DNA of 60,423 bases, counting the filler, from Sphacelaria rigidula (Eukaryota): assembly GCA_964200075.2 (NCBI GenBank). It is 7 parts of 7 records of this genome, joined end to end, with 100 filler letters (N's around TTAATTAATTAA, not from the genome) between each part and the next. Parts side by side here need not be neighbours in the genome. Positions count along the whole stretch, not along the records: positions 1 to 8,547 come from CAXNAA020010819.1; positions 8,648 to 17,194 come from CAXNAA020010820.1; 5 more parts are not named here. One strand, 5' to 3'. Every line of letters begins with the position of its first letter. The first letter of the stretch is position 1. The notes under the pieces are model-generated. The model was not told the DNA's origin, ran no database searches, and saw nothing but the letters and a program-made list of their open reading frames with translations. Made by a program: the position numbers and the translations under genes. Below, piece after piece: positions 1 to 11,334 of the stretch.

Positions 1-1065
1 AGGAGAGATAGCTTCCCATGAGTAATAATTATTCCGATGTCAGGAGAACGTGGGCACCAAGTGGTCACGGTAACCAACTGCATCTAACTCGCAAGACCTG
101 TGAAAGCTACGTAGAGAGTTAATTTTTTATTATCTGCAACCACACAATTGAAGTATTTGTATTTGACAAGGTCTACTTCCACACATTGAAATGTGCATTC
201 GACTGAACCATGTCCCACAGGTAGGGTGGGTGAACGGTGAGAAGCTTTACAGTGTTGACATCATCCATAACTGTTGGCATGTTGTTGTACATCGGTATGT
301 CCACGGATGGCCACGAGGGTGCCTGTAACCTCAAATTTGGACGTACAGACGTTGCACAAGGTCGGTAACGTCCAAATACGAGGTTAAAGGCATCCCAGTG
401 GCCACCCTTGTATTGTAAGTCACCAGTATCGATCACGTTCTTTGTCGAATGTAGCTCTGAAAGCTAAACGATCACCACAAGGTGGTGAGTCGTGGCACGC
501 GCTAATCACTACTTTTCATAATGATTCGGGTATTTCTGATTGGTCGCGGAAATCACCGCGGCGGCGTAAGAGACCTGGGCAGTAAGAACGACATAACAAA
601 TCATCGTGGACAAAAAATGCTCATACTGAATTTTGCTCGTTGTGCTGGGACAGGAGCTGAGTTAGGCTCGACAAGATATTCAAAATATTGATTGAATTTT
701 TGTTTTTGTTATTCGAGTAACTTTACTGGATCAACAGTAGGAAGAACAGGTACTGCACTTGCGAATAATTCACGGTCGCTTCCCACAGGTACTATACCCT
801 TTAAGGTATAGGCGGATACTTCGTGTTCTCTAGGTGCAGGCGGATAAAATGGTTTATTTTCTGGTACATCTCGACAGGTTGCTGCTAACCTAGGTTCAGG
901 AGGTATTTCTTCGCCGTTCACTTCTGTGAAAAGACGAGACAGTGAGCCGAGTACAATATTAAGTTTCCCTGGAATATGCTAGACAGCGAAATCGAAATTT
1001 TGAAGTGATATGGCCCAACGTGTCAACTTGTGACAAGTGCCTTTAAGCATCTTGAAGCATCTTGA

Positions 1066-1313
1066 GACTGCTGCCGAGATAGCCCCCCCCCCGAACCGTC
1101 CAAAAACGTGCACGGAGGCGATGATCATAAATGCCGTTTGAGCTGGTTTTGTGTTGCACGACGCAACTCATCTGGGCGTTATAGCTGATTTCGGACTGCT
1201 GCACGCCTCTCATGTGGGCGAAAATGCTGCACACGAGCGCAAGAGTGGAATCGCAGCCGGTTTGTCGGACAGCCTCCGGTGCATTTTGGGGGGGGGCTAT
1301 CTCGGCATTAATC
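1066..1313. mobile_element. 248-bp MITE (GA..GATAGCCCCC TIR family) inserted in Gypsy RNase H
   Basis: TIRs GACTGCTGCCGAGATAGCCCC / GGGGCTATCTCGGCATTAATC; 4-bp TSD TTGA at 1062-1065 and 1314-1317; splits the RNase H reading between MQDTS and KLTRW. Confidence 0.85.
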
Positions 1314-2000
1314 TTGAAGCATCTTGAAGTATCTTGCATGTTATACAAATATGTAAGAGCTTGATGGTCTGTTTGACAGATGATGTGCTGACCCCAGAGG
1401 TGAAGACGCCAGTGCACAAAAGACCAGATGACAGCAAGACATTCTTTCATAGTTCGACTATGACGGCGTCGGCTTTTAGAAAAGCGTTTGCTATAATATG
1501 CCACTATATCGATTTAATTACTGTCGACACGACCCTTCCGTGGCTGAGCTAAAATGGCTCCTACGCCAATTTCTGAAGAATCGGTATGAATCATAAACTC
1601 TCTCGAAAAATCAGGAGAGTGTAGGACAGGGGCAAAAGCTACGGTACCACTTGTTTAAGTTCATAAAGGCTGCGTATTGTGCTGTACCCCCATGCTTTCT
1701 TAATATTTCTTCTTGACGAAAATTCTTTGCGAGTTAGATCAACAAATGCTGATGTGACGTCAGCAAAATCTTGATAAAACGTCGGACAAAATATAACATG
1801 GCTTAAACAGATCTGAGATCTTTGATGCATGTTGGCGTGGGCAGCTTTTGGATGGCTTCTATGCGGTTGTTTCTGATAGAAATTCCTCTTGCAGAAATAG
1901 TATGACCAAGGTATTCGATTTCTTTCTGTCCGGATTGTATTTTCGATGGTGTTAGGGTTAAGTCTGCTGCTTGAAGGGATGAAAATATTTACTCCAACGA

Positions 2001-2609
2001 TTAAATATAATTTCCAAATGTAGAAGTGGTACACATTAAATCACCCATGTATGACAGAACACCAGATTCTGGGCGAAGATGGCCCAGAGCTTTTGACAGC
2101 ATTTGTTGGAAACGCCAAGGTCCATTACATACTCCAAAAGACATACGTTTGAAACAGTACTTGCCGTTTGGTGTGACGAATGCAGTCCGGTCCGCATGTT
2201 CTTCGGCCACCGGAATTTGCCTGAATGCGCTGAGGACATCGCATACAGTGATGTATAGAGCTTCACCCACTGCATCAAGGCAAGATTCAAGATTTGGCAT
2301 GGGCCAACTTTTGCGGACAATATGACGGTCAAGAGTGTAACGATAATCAGAACAGAATCGTGGACTGCCATTGCGTTTAGCTACAATGGTACGTGGGCTA
2401 CCCCATAGACTTGCTCTTTTTTCAATAATATCCCACTCCAGCATTCCTTTGACACATTTGTCATTTACTGTGGAAGCATGTGGGTTCGGGCGATGAGGAT
2501 GTCTGTCTACAGGACGAATATCAGGGGGCAGGGGCGGAGTTGCCTGTATTATAGTACAGCGACCTAATTCTGACAGAGACAGTGAAAAACAGGTGGGAAT
2601 TAAGCACAC
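2001..2609 (-). pseudogene. Gypsy reverse transcriptase fragment
   Basis: Gypsy RT motifs (SP..IV.K..G..RFC.DYR; D..SAF.QI; TAF.TP.G.Y.F.RM.FG); catalytic YxDD degenerated to YMGD. Confidence 0.92.
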
Positions 2610-3469
2610 ATATCTAGAATAGATGCCTGTTGGTCGGTGCTGAGCGTTGTCGTTGACAACGCTTTGGATAAGGGACCTTCAAGTTCAGATCTGGCATGGT
2701 TAATTTCTTGAACTGTCTGTGGCGTTTTCGGATTTGCACGGACATTGATTTGCTGTGGAGTTGTGACTGTAACTGTAAACAGGTGTCCGAGACATCGTCC
2801 TGCATGCAGGGCTACACCATCTGTAGATGGGTTAGCAATCTGACCTGTTACAGATCCATCAGATGCTTTCCACGTGGACAGTTGTTGTTGTCTTCACATT
2901 AAAAACCGTTCCGATATCTGCGCGGTACATTGGACAGTGTGCGCGCTATTACTATATTTTTGAATGCTACAAGTTGTGGGTTACTTGAAAATTCATCTTC
3001 AGTTATTATCCATGGCTCGATTATGACAGTACAGTCTTCAGGTGGAAAACAATCTGTTAAACCTACTGCAAGAGCTTCGTGCATTTATTTCAAGCTTACA
3101 CGTTCACACAAAGTAACCCCATTGCCTCAGCATTGCTGTTGACGGTAGCTACAGATTTCGAAGAGAAAGTTGGTGTTGTAGAACAGCGATCAATGTGGCG
3201 TTGTGTAGCACTATTTTCACGATGAATAGCTGGGATTGACAGACCCGTTGATGTGAAATAAGGTGTTTGATTTTCCCAATTCAATATTGTTCAAGATTCA
3301 TAAATGACTCAGTTGTCTAGAAGTATAGGATCAGGTCCAAGTGACGGAACAACAAGTGCGGTAACTGTACGAGTGACTTTACCAGGAGTCAGGGAAAAAT
3401 CGATGAAGCCTACAACATCAAGTGGCGAACCGTTCGCTGCGCTCAATGAAGAAACAGTAATTGGAAAAG

Positions 3470-3909
3470 AACACGGGATCTTACAAATTGGGGATGGATC
3501 TTTTATTGGGGATAAGAAACGCGGAGGATTAAAATCTTCGTATCCGCACCAAATATTCGAAATATGGTTCCATTTCTTCACCTACTGCTAGTTCTTGACA
3601 ACTGCTCCACGCCATATAAATTTGGATTTCGATCACCAAAATGTTGGGGTCCTAGGTGAAAAAAGAAATTTCGGAACCATTTTAGCGTCCGCTCGGACAC
3701 GCGGAATTCCACAAATCTGTTTTTTCACCTAGGACCCCAACATTTTGGTGATCGAAATCCAAATTTATATGGCGTGTAGCAGTTGTCAACAGCTATCAGT
3801 AGGTGAAGAAATGGAACCATNNNNNNNNNNTGCGGATACGAAGATTTTAATCCTCCGGGTTTCTCATCCCCAATAAATGATCCATCCCCAATTTGTAAGA
3901 TCCCGTGTT
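3470..3909. mobile_element. Foldback MITE (~440 bp, ~190-bp inverted arms) inserted in the Gypsy protease
   Basis: Termini AACACGGGATCTTACAAA ... TTTGTAAGATCCCGTGTT; arms near-perfectly complementary; flanks AAAG/AGAG; second copy at 32975-33416. Confidence 0.9.
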
Positions 3910-5059
3910 AGAGGTTTGAGTGGTATGTTTTGCTTTGTAGGGTGGTTCCTGACCCATCCTAGCGAAACAACAGACATGTCAGTAGCAGTGTCGATAGTCA
4001 TGTCATTAACGAGATAGTCATCGACATATCCGGCAACACGGACACGTCGTGACGAGAAAGAAAGAGAGACGGATTTGGGTTTATGCCCAATACGAATGTG
4101 CATCGCGACGAAGGGATTCGAACCCTTGCTCCCTCTGCGAAGCGCAAGCGAAACGCAAAGTGCTCGTGCTGGTTAAGCTACGTCGGTAGCATTGAGTAGA
4201 CAGGACAGAGCTCGAGTGAGCAGAGCAGACAGAGTGGAGGTGAAGAGAAGAGGAGTAGTTGTGATTGTGAGATGAGGTGGGGATGATCTGCGATCTATCC
4301 ATGCAGCTCATCTTAAACAGGACATGACTCAAGAGACCATGTACCAACAGACACTGGCCTGGAGTTCAGTTCGACGTCTAGATCACCTTGGGTTTGGTGT
4401 GTACAACTTTTTACGACTCTTGGGCATATTCGGTCTGATTTTGTCCCGATATTCCGAAACAAGTAGACCATCCTCCAAAGATCTAGCGGACGTCCGAGGA
4501 ACCTTTCTCAGTGCTAAAACGTTACTATGAGTATAAGGAATAAGAGCTTTTTGGACAGAACTATAAAAGGTATGTTGGGTTCTCACAGGTGCGATTCACA
4601 GTTAGTCCAACTCTTACCCTGAGCAGAAACCAAATTCACTTCGTGAAATTGGAATGTTTTGCTGCTGCTCAGGGTGTTCGCTCCGGGGGCACTTACTTCT
4701 TCACTCAAGCGGTAGGACCAGCCTCGAGTACACGGTACAGACGCCGCGATTCCCCTCATCTGAGCCGAAGATGCCGTCCCACACGTCCGGCTTGGCAAAA
4801 GCTACCTTCCTTGTAGTGAGCAGGCTCCACCGGTTCAAGATGTGGCCATAAAGCTTGCCGAATTTGCTATATATCACACACACGTATCCCCTTCCTCATT
4901 GCGCGACTCAAAAAATTCGGCCGATTCGGTCAGCTTTTTCCCGACAAGACAAAATCTATTATGGAGCACGATCCTCCTCCCTGTGCCATAATCCCCGGGA
5001 AAAAGTTCAAGGAATGGCCCATGTAGAAAACTTTACCAGCGTCACAACGATCAAAAAAT

Positions 5060-5308
5060 CTATTTCCCATACATTATTCTTCGAGCCTCTAAGGCAGCCC
5101 CAAGGACAACCATCTCTTCCGACAACTCTGGTGATATAAAAACCCCATCCCCTGCCCCCGATAGGCCGCCCCCTGCCTGACCGAAGACCCGCCGGGCAAG
5201 GTCTTGTAGCGCGGGGGTGCGGGAACAGCCCCCAATCACGAGCACCGCGGAAAGCTTGCCGGCGTCTACACCAGCCATCGAGAGGGCCCCCGCACAAGGA
5301 GCCTCCGC
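5060..5308 (-). CDS. Terminal exon of an Hsp70-family (ATPase domain) protein
   Basis: ALSMAGVDAGKLSAVLVIGGCSRTPALQDLARRVFG...EEMVVLGAALEA matches the end of the Hsp70 nucleotide-binding domain (LVGGSTRIPxVQ...FG...DEAVAxGAA). AG acceptor at 5309-5310 after a pyrimidine-rich tract; TAG at 5060-5062. Confidence 0.75.
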   Translation of the reverse strand, partial: AEAPCAGALSMAGVDAGKLSAVLVIGGCSRTPALQDLARRVFGQAGGGLSGAGDGVFISPELSEEMVVLGAALEARRIMYGK

Positions 5309-6305
5309 CTTATGTGTGGGTTGATCAAACGGTGGCAAAGGGGGGGGAAGAGATAGAGGGCAGATCAGATTCCACCTGACGATGTACGTTCGGTGCAGGC
5401 TGGTCATGGGTGGTAGGTAGCTTTGTTCTTCGCCACGAGCAAATCAATCGAGACCGATAGAAACACGACACTCCCGAGCTTCGCTACAGACGAGACAGAC
5501 CACCGAAGATACTCCATGCACCACGAGTCCATAACACGAGAGTAATGAGTACCCTCTTGCTGACTTGATTGATGGAGCATGAAATGATATTGGTTGGTAG
5601 AGGGCGGCAAGTGCCTCAACGCATGAAATCTCGAACAACGTTTCGGGTAAAAGTGGCCGTGTGTGTACTTGGGGCACCCAAAATACAACCAGGTCCGTGC
5701 ACAACGACATCACAATGAACACCATCTACTCCAAGTTGACACGGAGTTCAAGATTTGAAAAGTGAAAAAAAAAAAAGCATGGCCCAGCCCCGCTGGCAGA
5801 CGGCTGTCACAGCGTACACCTGGCTGACTCCGGAACGCGAAAGGAACGGACTAGCAACACGCTTGCGCTTGATGAGGTGCACGATCCCATCATACTGCGT
5901 AGGGATGAGTAGCAAAAACACTTACATTCCGTACACGTTTCAAGTCTCATCGCAGTATTGCCTCAGATATCAGACGACATCCCATTCCGACAAGCTTCCA
6001 AAGCAAAACAGGGATTGTTGAGTTCATCGTGCCTGGCTGCCTCACTACCGCCTTGCCCCGAGAGGAGTATACCGTCTTCGCTTGGAGCCCGACGCTCTCG
6101 GTACAGGAGAATACTCGACGCAATATGCACCATGCAAGGCCGAAGATATGCACCTTGCCCCCCGTGCCAATGTCAAAACCGCAACGAATGTATGCGATGC
6201 ATACCCCGAGGATCAAGGAACATCAACTCGCGGAGTATATACACCTTTGAGATACTCGGCAAGGTACCACGCATGCTATCAGTGCGGAGGCAGGTATGTT
6301 ATTCA

Positions 6306-6615
6306 TTTTTTTTTTTTGTCGCACTTTGAACCCCTCCCCTTCCTCGGGGCGAGTCCGTGGTCTCAAGGGATCGACCCATCTCTCCCCGGTACACGCCTTG
6401 CATTTTGGTCTCGCGGATTGGGTCATGACTATCAGCACTCCCGCGCCGCGTCAACTCACGTCAAACAAACTCAGTCAACTACTTTGTTTACTCACGCTCT
6501 CACCCTTCCCACGATATAAATCAGATACTACGAACAAAAAACTCAGCGCATCGGGAATCGAACCCTCGTTCTCTCCACTCTGATAGCGACAGTCGGACCA
6601 TTACACCACCGGGGC
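6306..6615 (-). mobile_element. tRNA-derived SINE (tRNA-like head 6542-6615, poly-A tail)
   Basis: Minus strand has A-box TGGTGTAATGG and B-box GGTTCGATTCC but no pairing acceptor stem; ends in an A-run. The 3' part (plus-strand GAGTCCGTGGTCTCAAG..CCCATCTCTCCC) recurs at ~23400, ~35417 and, inverted, ~42715. Confidence 0.7.
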
Positions 6616-6779
6616 GCGGCAATGTAAAAACAATTCCCGAATATGAAATATTACACACGCACAGACGTATAAATCGCTTCATGCATGATATATAGACAGA
6701 ACCGCTCCGTTTCTGTTTCGAGTGCACCGCATGCCATCACCCGACATGAAGAACATAGCTTTCCCACGTGAAAACGTGA

Positions 6780-6784
<5 letters not shown>

Positions 6785-6823
<39 letters not shown>
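6785..6823. repeat. (AC)n microsatellite
   Basis: Uninterrupted AC run. Confidence 0.95.
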
Positions 6824-6825
<2 letters not shown>

Positions 6826-6939
6826 ATGAATTTCAACTCAGCATACACCTGTCTGGGGACGAACAGCCGATGAATTTCTTTCTGTATGGTTTTCCACAGC
6901 ACTAAACAACACCCACTGCATTCACGATTCCACACGTCG

Positions 6940-7115
6940 AATGGAGCAGCTCCCTGTAGCTCAAGCTAGCTCTAGTTTAGCGAAGCTCCCTACTGAGCTA
7001 CGATAGCTACACACGAGCTACGCATGTTTGCCCTAGATGAGCTATGAGAGCTACATGAGCTACGCGTGTTTGCTCTGGATGAGCTATGAGAGCTACGTGA
7101 GCTACGCGTGTTTGT
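6940..7115. repeat. ~41-bp tandem repeat (GAGCTATGAGAGCTACATGAGCTACGCATGTTTGCCCT..AT), block 1
   Basis: About three diverged units visible directly. Confidence 0.8.
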
Positions 7116-7829
7116 CATTAATTATCTACCGGATGTGGGCACCAGTCATCAAGTACCAGCGTTTGACATCGCAGCAGACGGACCTCCCCGCCGCCACCAA
7201 GGCATCAGCATTCGCTTTGTTATGTTGAGTGATATTGATATACTCGGCGAGCACAAGGCCTTGTCTTTGATACAGCTCCGCACTATAGCCAGTCCCGTGT
7301 GTGTATGTTCAGATGAAACAGAAGAAGACGGTCTGAACGATTCGAGGTCTACTAGTACTGCCCAGTAGCACAGCGCACTGCCGTGCCGCCAGAGTCCATG
7401 ACCCCTTCCGCCATCGTTGTGCGTGACATGGTAGTCCGAAATGGGTACCATGCGGTTCATCTCTTCTTTCTTTGGGAGTGTTGTTGTGCTGTATGCACCG
7501 CTGTACCGTACCGCAATGTATTGTCCCGTGGTGCTCTGCATTGCGTTGCACGGCGCTGTACTGTAACGTACTGTACTATAAACTGTACTACACTGTGCTT
7601 TCACAAACGATAACTCAAGCATTTCTTCAGGCAAGCCTTACACGCTAGGGTCTAGGGTGTCTTGAAATAAAAAAACGATTGAAAAAAGTGCGGCGGGACA
7701 GCAAAATTTCCATGTGATACGTCTACGTCAATTATGTTCTTATATGGCTCCAAGTCTTGTTTTACGATTCTTCGCGCGCGACCGGAAGGCGAAAAATGGA
7801 ATAGTTCCACATATCGGATAGATCATCTC

Positions 7830-8165
7830 CCTAGTGAGCTATGAGAGCTACATGAGCTGCGCATGCTCTCCCTGGGTGGGCTATGAGAGGTTCATGAGCT
7901 ACGCACATTTGCCCTCGGTGACCTATGAGAGGCTCATAAACTACGCATGTTTGCCCTGAATGAGCTACTATATAAGAGCTACATGAGTTATGCATGTCCA
8001 TCCTGGGTGATCTACCAACCCGTATCTCACCAGCTCATTTTCGCGATGGGTGAGCCATGAGCGCTACATTAGTTACGCATGTTGTCCTGGATGAGCCTGT
8101 GAGGCTGATCATGTCATGTTTACCACGAGAGAGCTATCGGGCGTAACTCACGTGTACATGTTTGA
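7830..8165. repeat. Same ~41-bp tandem repeat, block 2
   Basis: Several further diverged units in the same orientation as 6940-7115. Confidence 0.8.
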
Positions 8166-8547
8166 CTACAAAGGAGTTACAGCCCGCAAATGAGCCAGCT
8201 CATTATTAATACCTGTCCGACGTGTGCACGATTCATACAAAAAATTATAGGGCAATGACCTAGAAAAAGGTATACCTTCTCCTTTTTTGCCGAAGAAAGG
8301 TACCAAAAATGGCCAGAAACGCGAATACAGCCAAACACGCCGTTTTGACCGTCTTCGCTCCCGATTTTCCACGCACGTCTTTTGGGGGGGGGCATTGGCA
8401 CCCGGGACTCGGAAAAAAAAAAAGGATAAAAAGCATGTTACTCGAGAGATATGGGCACGCGAAAACGGACACATCGCCTTCAGAAACCGCTTATCTTTTG
8501 TAGGCCACATTTCGCCGAGGTATACCTGACCTAGGAATTCTTTTTCA

Positions 8548-8647
8548 NNNNNNNNNNNNNNNNNNNNNNNNNNNNNNNNNNNNNNNNNNNNTTAATTAAT
8601 TAANNNNNNNNNNNNNNNNNNNNNNNNNNNNNNNNNNNNNNNNNNNN
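8548..8647. other. Artificial contig linker (N44-TTAATTAATTAA-N44); also at 17195-17294, 25841-25940, 34487-34586, 43133-43232, 51779-51878
   Basis: Identical 100-bp spacers carrying a six-frame stop palindrome. Confidence 0.98.
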
Positions 8648-8713
8648 GATCTGACTCGAAATTTCGAGCAACAAATGGCCCAAAATACCCCCCCCCCTAT
8701 CGTAGGATGACTC
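8648..8713. mobile_element. End of a MITE related to the GA..CTACGATAG family, truncated by the contig edge
   Basis: Reverse complement reads GAGTCATCCTACGATAGGGGGG, similar to the GACACTTTCTACGATAGCCCCC termini. Confidence 0.5.
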
Positions 8714-10229
8714 TTTGACCATTGACCACGCATTATCCATTTGTTTGGGTGGGGAGAGATTCGGGCGTTCTCGTGAAAATATGGTCGTTACGATACTTAA
8801 ACGCCCTGAAACAGCGAAAATAATATACCGGCCTGATCCATGTTTATTGGTTCATCATGACCTAGCGAGGTCCCGCACAAAGTTTCAAAACACAAACACC
8901 GAACGTGGGCCGGTGACCGGCCTGAATAAACTGTTCCGAATACTCACCAGCCCGGTTTTTGAAAGGCGATTTCGCAATTTTCCACTTTGAGTTGGAAACT
9001 AAAACTTGTATGGACAATCAACAGGGCATAGAAAAATCGTGTGCCGCCTCCCAAAGTTTTTTTTCTTTCATTAGCTGAGGGCATTATTCAGTTTTGAGGT
9101 TTTAGTAAAACGCCCTTATATCACAAGGTAAACACTTTGGGACCCGGCACAATATTTTTCTACATGCCCTTTTCATTGTCCACACAACTTTCACTGTCCA
9201 ACTCTTTATAGAAAATTGCGAAATCGCCTGCAAACTACATATTATCCTCTCCTGGGCTGGCCCAGCTCGTACACCGAAAACAAGTGGCATCCGGCAGTGC
9301 GGAAAAGCGTTTCAGGGCGTGAGTCGGCACATTTTAATTCGATCGGAAAAATAAGGCGGTGGGAATAATTTGAGCGAAAATCGCTCATTTTCGTCCAGTT
9401 GGATCCACGCGAATTTCAAGCTTCCGATCGAAAAGACACGGTGAAATTCGTGAAACGGTACATGGTCACTCGCGTACAGTACAGGCAGTCTGTACTGTCT
9501 GCGCTGCTGGCAAGCAATGTGTCTCGAGTGCGTGTTTGCGTGTTTCGTACAGTAAGAGTGCAGACAGCCCAGCATTATCAATTCTCTCTGCTCACAAGGC
9601 GACGTGAAAAGGACTTCAACAGCGTGCTTTGTACTGCCTGCACTGGACATGAGGGTGTACGCAACTTGGTTGCCCACCCCACCACGCAGTTCGGTCGTTG
9701 ATCCTACCATGGAAGAAGATGCGCAAGTTTTCGTCAACAAAATTTGAACAAGGCATACCTAACTACTGCAGTGTACCTATCCCTGTGCTCAACTTGTACT
9801 CGATGCCGCAGGGTTGCGGTGGTAGCTGCGAATGAGTTGGATGGGTTTAGCATAGTTCTGTGGACGGGTGTTATCTGGTATGGTGGTCTGTAAGATAGGA
9901 GTCAAGTGCCGCTTCGTGCCTTTCGACCGCATTTTCTCGATAGAAGAAGCTTACAGCTTAATTATTTCGTAGCTTTGCTCCACGCGCCACTGTTTATAAA
10001 TTTGAGTTGAAGCCTTCTGAGAATAGAAATACGATGGATCTATCAGATCGAGAAAACAAATCGACCGCACTTCAGACTTCATAATGATGAGTTCATTTGA
10101 ATGGATCAAAACACGAAAATCAGGGGGGATCTGGGTATATATATCTTGTGAATAAGAGACGTTCACGCTACGACAACTTCTGACCTATGCGTAAGTTGGG
10201 ACCAGCTGCTGTACCGTCGAGAGTGCATC

Positions 10230-10646
10230 TCGTCCGGTATTTACCGGGTATACTCCCGACATTTGTCGGGGTATCCCATACCGTGGTATGCATGGGTATC
10301 ATAGGTATGAGTTTTGAAAATACCTGATCCAGCGGGTAAGGTACGTATTGAGATCTCAAAGTACCGTGGTATCATAGGTATCGTGGGTAGGAGTTTTGAA
10401 AGTACCCGGTTGGGTAGGTACGGTTGGTACTGGTATCTCGAAATACCGTGGTATCGTAGGTATCGTAGGCATGGGTTTCGAGAATACCCGATTGGACGGG
10501 TATGGCAGCTATTGAAATATCAAAATACCGTGGTGTCGTGGGTATTATAAGTATCACATTTTAAAATACCCAATTGGACCGGTATCGGTGAGGTATGAGA
10601 CGTCCCGAATACCGGTACCGGGTACCTACCTCACCTACGGTGCCTG
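10230..10646. repeat. GGTATC/ATACC-rich repeat array, likely the subterminal region of a DNA transposon
   Basis: Four recurrences of (A/G)TACCGTGGT followed by TTTTGAAAATACC-like blocks at ~85-90 bp spacing; ends in CCTG (CAGG on minus). No TSD found. Confidence 0.55.
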
Positions 10647-11077
10647 TGAAAAACTTCACTTTTAAATTAAGAATGAAGTGCGATATACAAAAAAGCGTAC
10701 ACCCTGATACTTCTGAAACAAAAAAGGATAACGCATGTTTCGCTCTGAGGCGCGGCGCTGCACGCAGGCTGAACACCTCGATAACACGTTCCAGCAGCTC
10801 AGCCCCATGCCCGAAGTGTCTGGTCAGCGTATCTATCCATTTTTTTCATTTTCACAAGTGTTACTGGGCTGAACGACGGCGCCGAAAATAAGAGCCTGTG
10901 AAAGTACCATTTTTTTGTAAACCATGAGAATACACTCTGCCCTCTGCTAAAAATGTACTCCTCACCCTTTTTGTTTTACTGTCGACCCTTTTTCGTAAAG
11001 TGGTGACCGTAACGCCATATTAGCACAAGATACGCCGAGCAGTCACAACCATAACCATTTTCGGCAAAACTACACCC

Positions 11078-11334
11078 TGTAGCCTCTGCCAGACGATCTG
11101 GACAAGAGGACTTGCAACGAGGGACTCCTCCAGTATCTCTGGCCTCGTACTCGACAAGTCTTTTCCTGCCACTTGTTACTATCACGGAGTGATTCTCAAC
11201 GGACCACATCACAAGCCAGCAGCAAGGGGCCACACAAATAAGGGCCATGAATCCAGGATCCCCTGCCCCCTGCCACTGCCCCAATCATGCATGTGATTAT
11301 ACTGAAACCTACGGCTTGGTATCATTTGGCTACA
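11078..11334 (-). repeat. 3' LTR
   Basis: Gapless match to 15608-15864, about 21 substitutions by manual count. Confidence 0.95.

Larger units (their letters stand above)
1..4880 (-). mobile_element. Degenerate Ty3/Gypsy LTR-retrotransposon internal region (gag-PR-RT-RH-INT); no LTR seen
   Basis: Minus-strand order: gag-like (~4100-4880); protease IDTATDMSVV...AANGSPLDVVG (3300-4100); RT SLWGSPRTIVAKRNGSPRFCSDYR...TAFVTPNGKY...SYMGD (2001-2609); RNase H AYYSKRF...KECLAVIW...TDHQAL then KLTRWAISLQNFDF..HIPGKLN (940-1640); integrase remnants (NLVFGR, below 700). Many stops and frameshifts; two MITE insertions. Confidence 0.92.

Noticed and set aside
6542-6615. Functional tRNA-Sec or opal suppressor tRNA
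   Set aside because: Acceptor and T stems do not pair, position 33 is A, there is no long variable arm, and it is attached to a dispersed repeat body.
6940-8165. CRISPR array
   Set aside because: Units are contiguous and degenerate with no unique spacers; eukaryotic context; no cas genes.
8592-8603. Regularly spaced TTAATTAATTAA palindromes as a biological repeat or piggyBac sites
   Set aside because: Always centred in 100-bp N spacers; an assembly linker.
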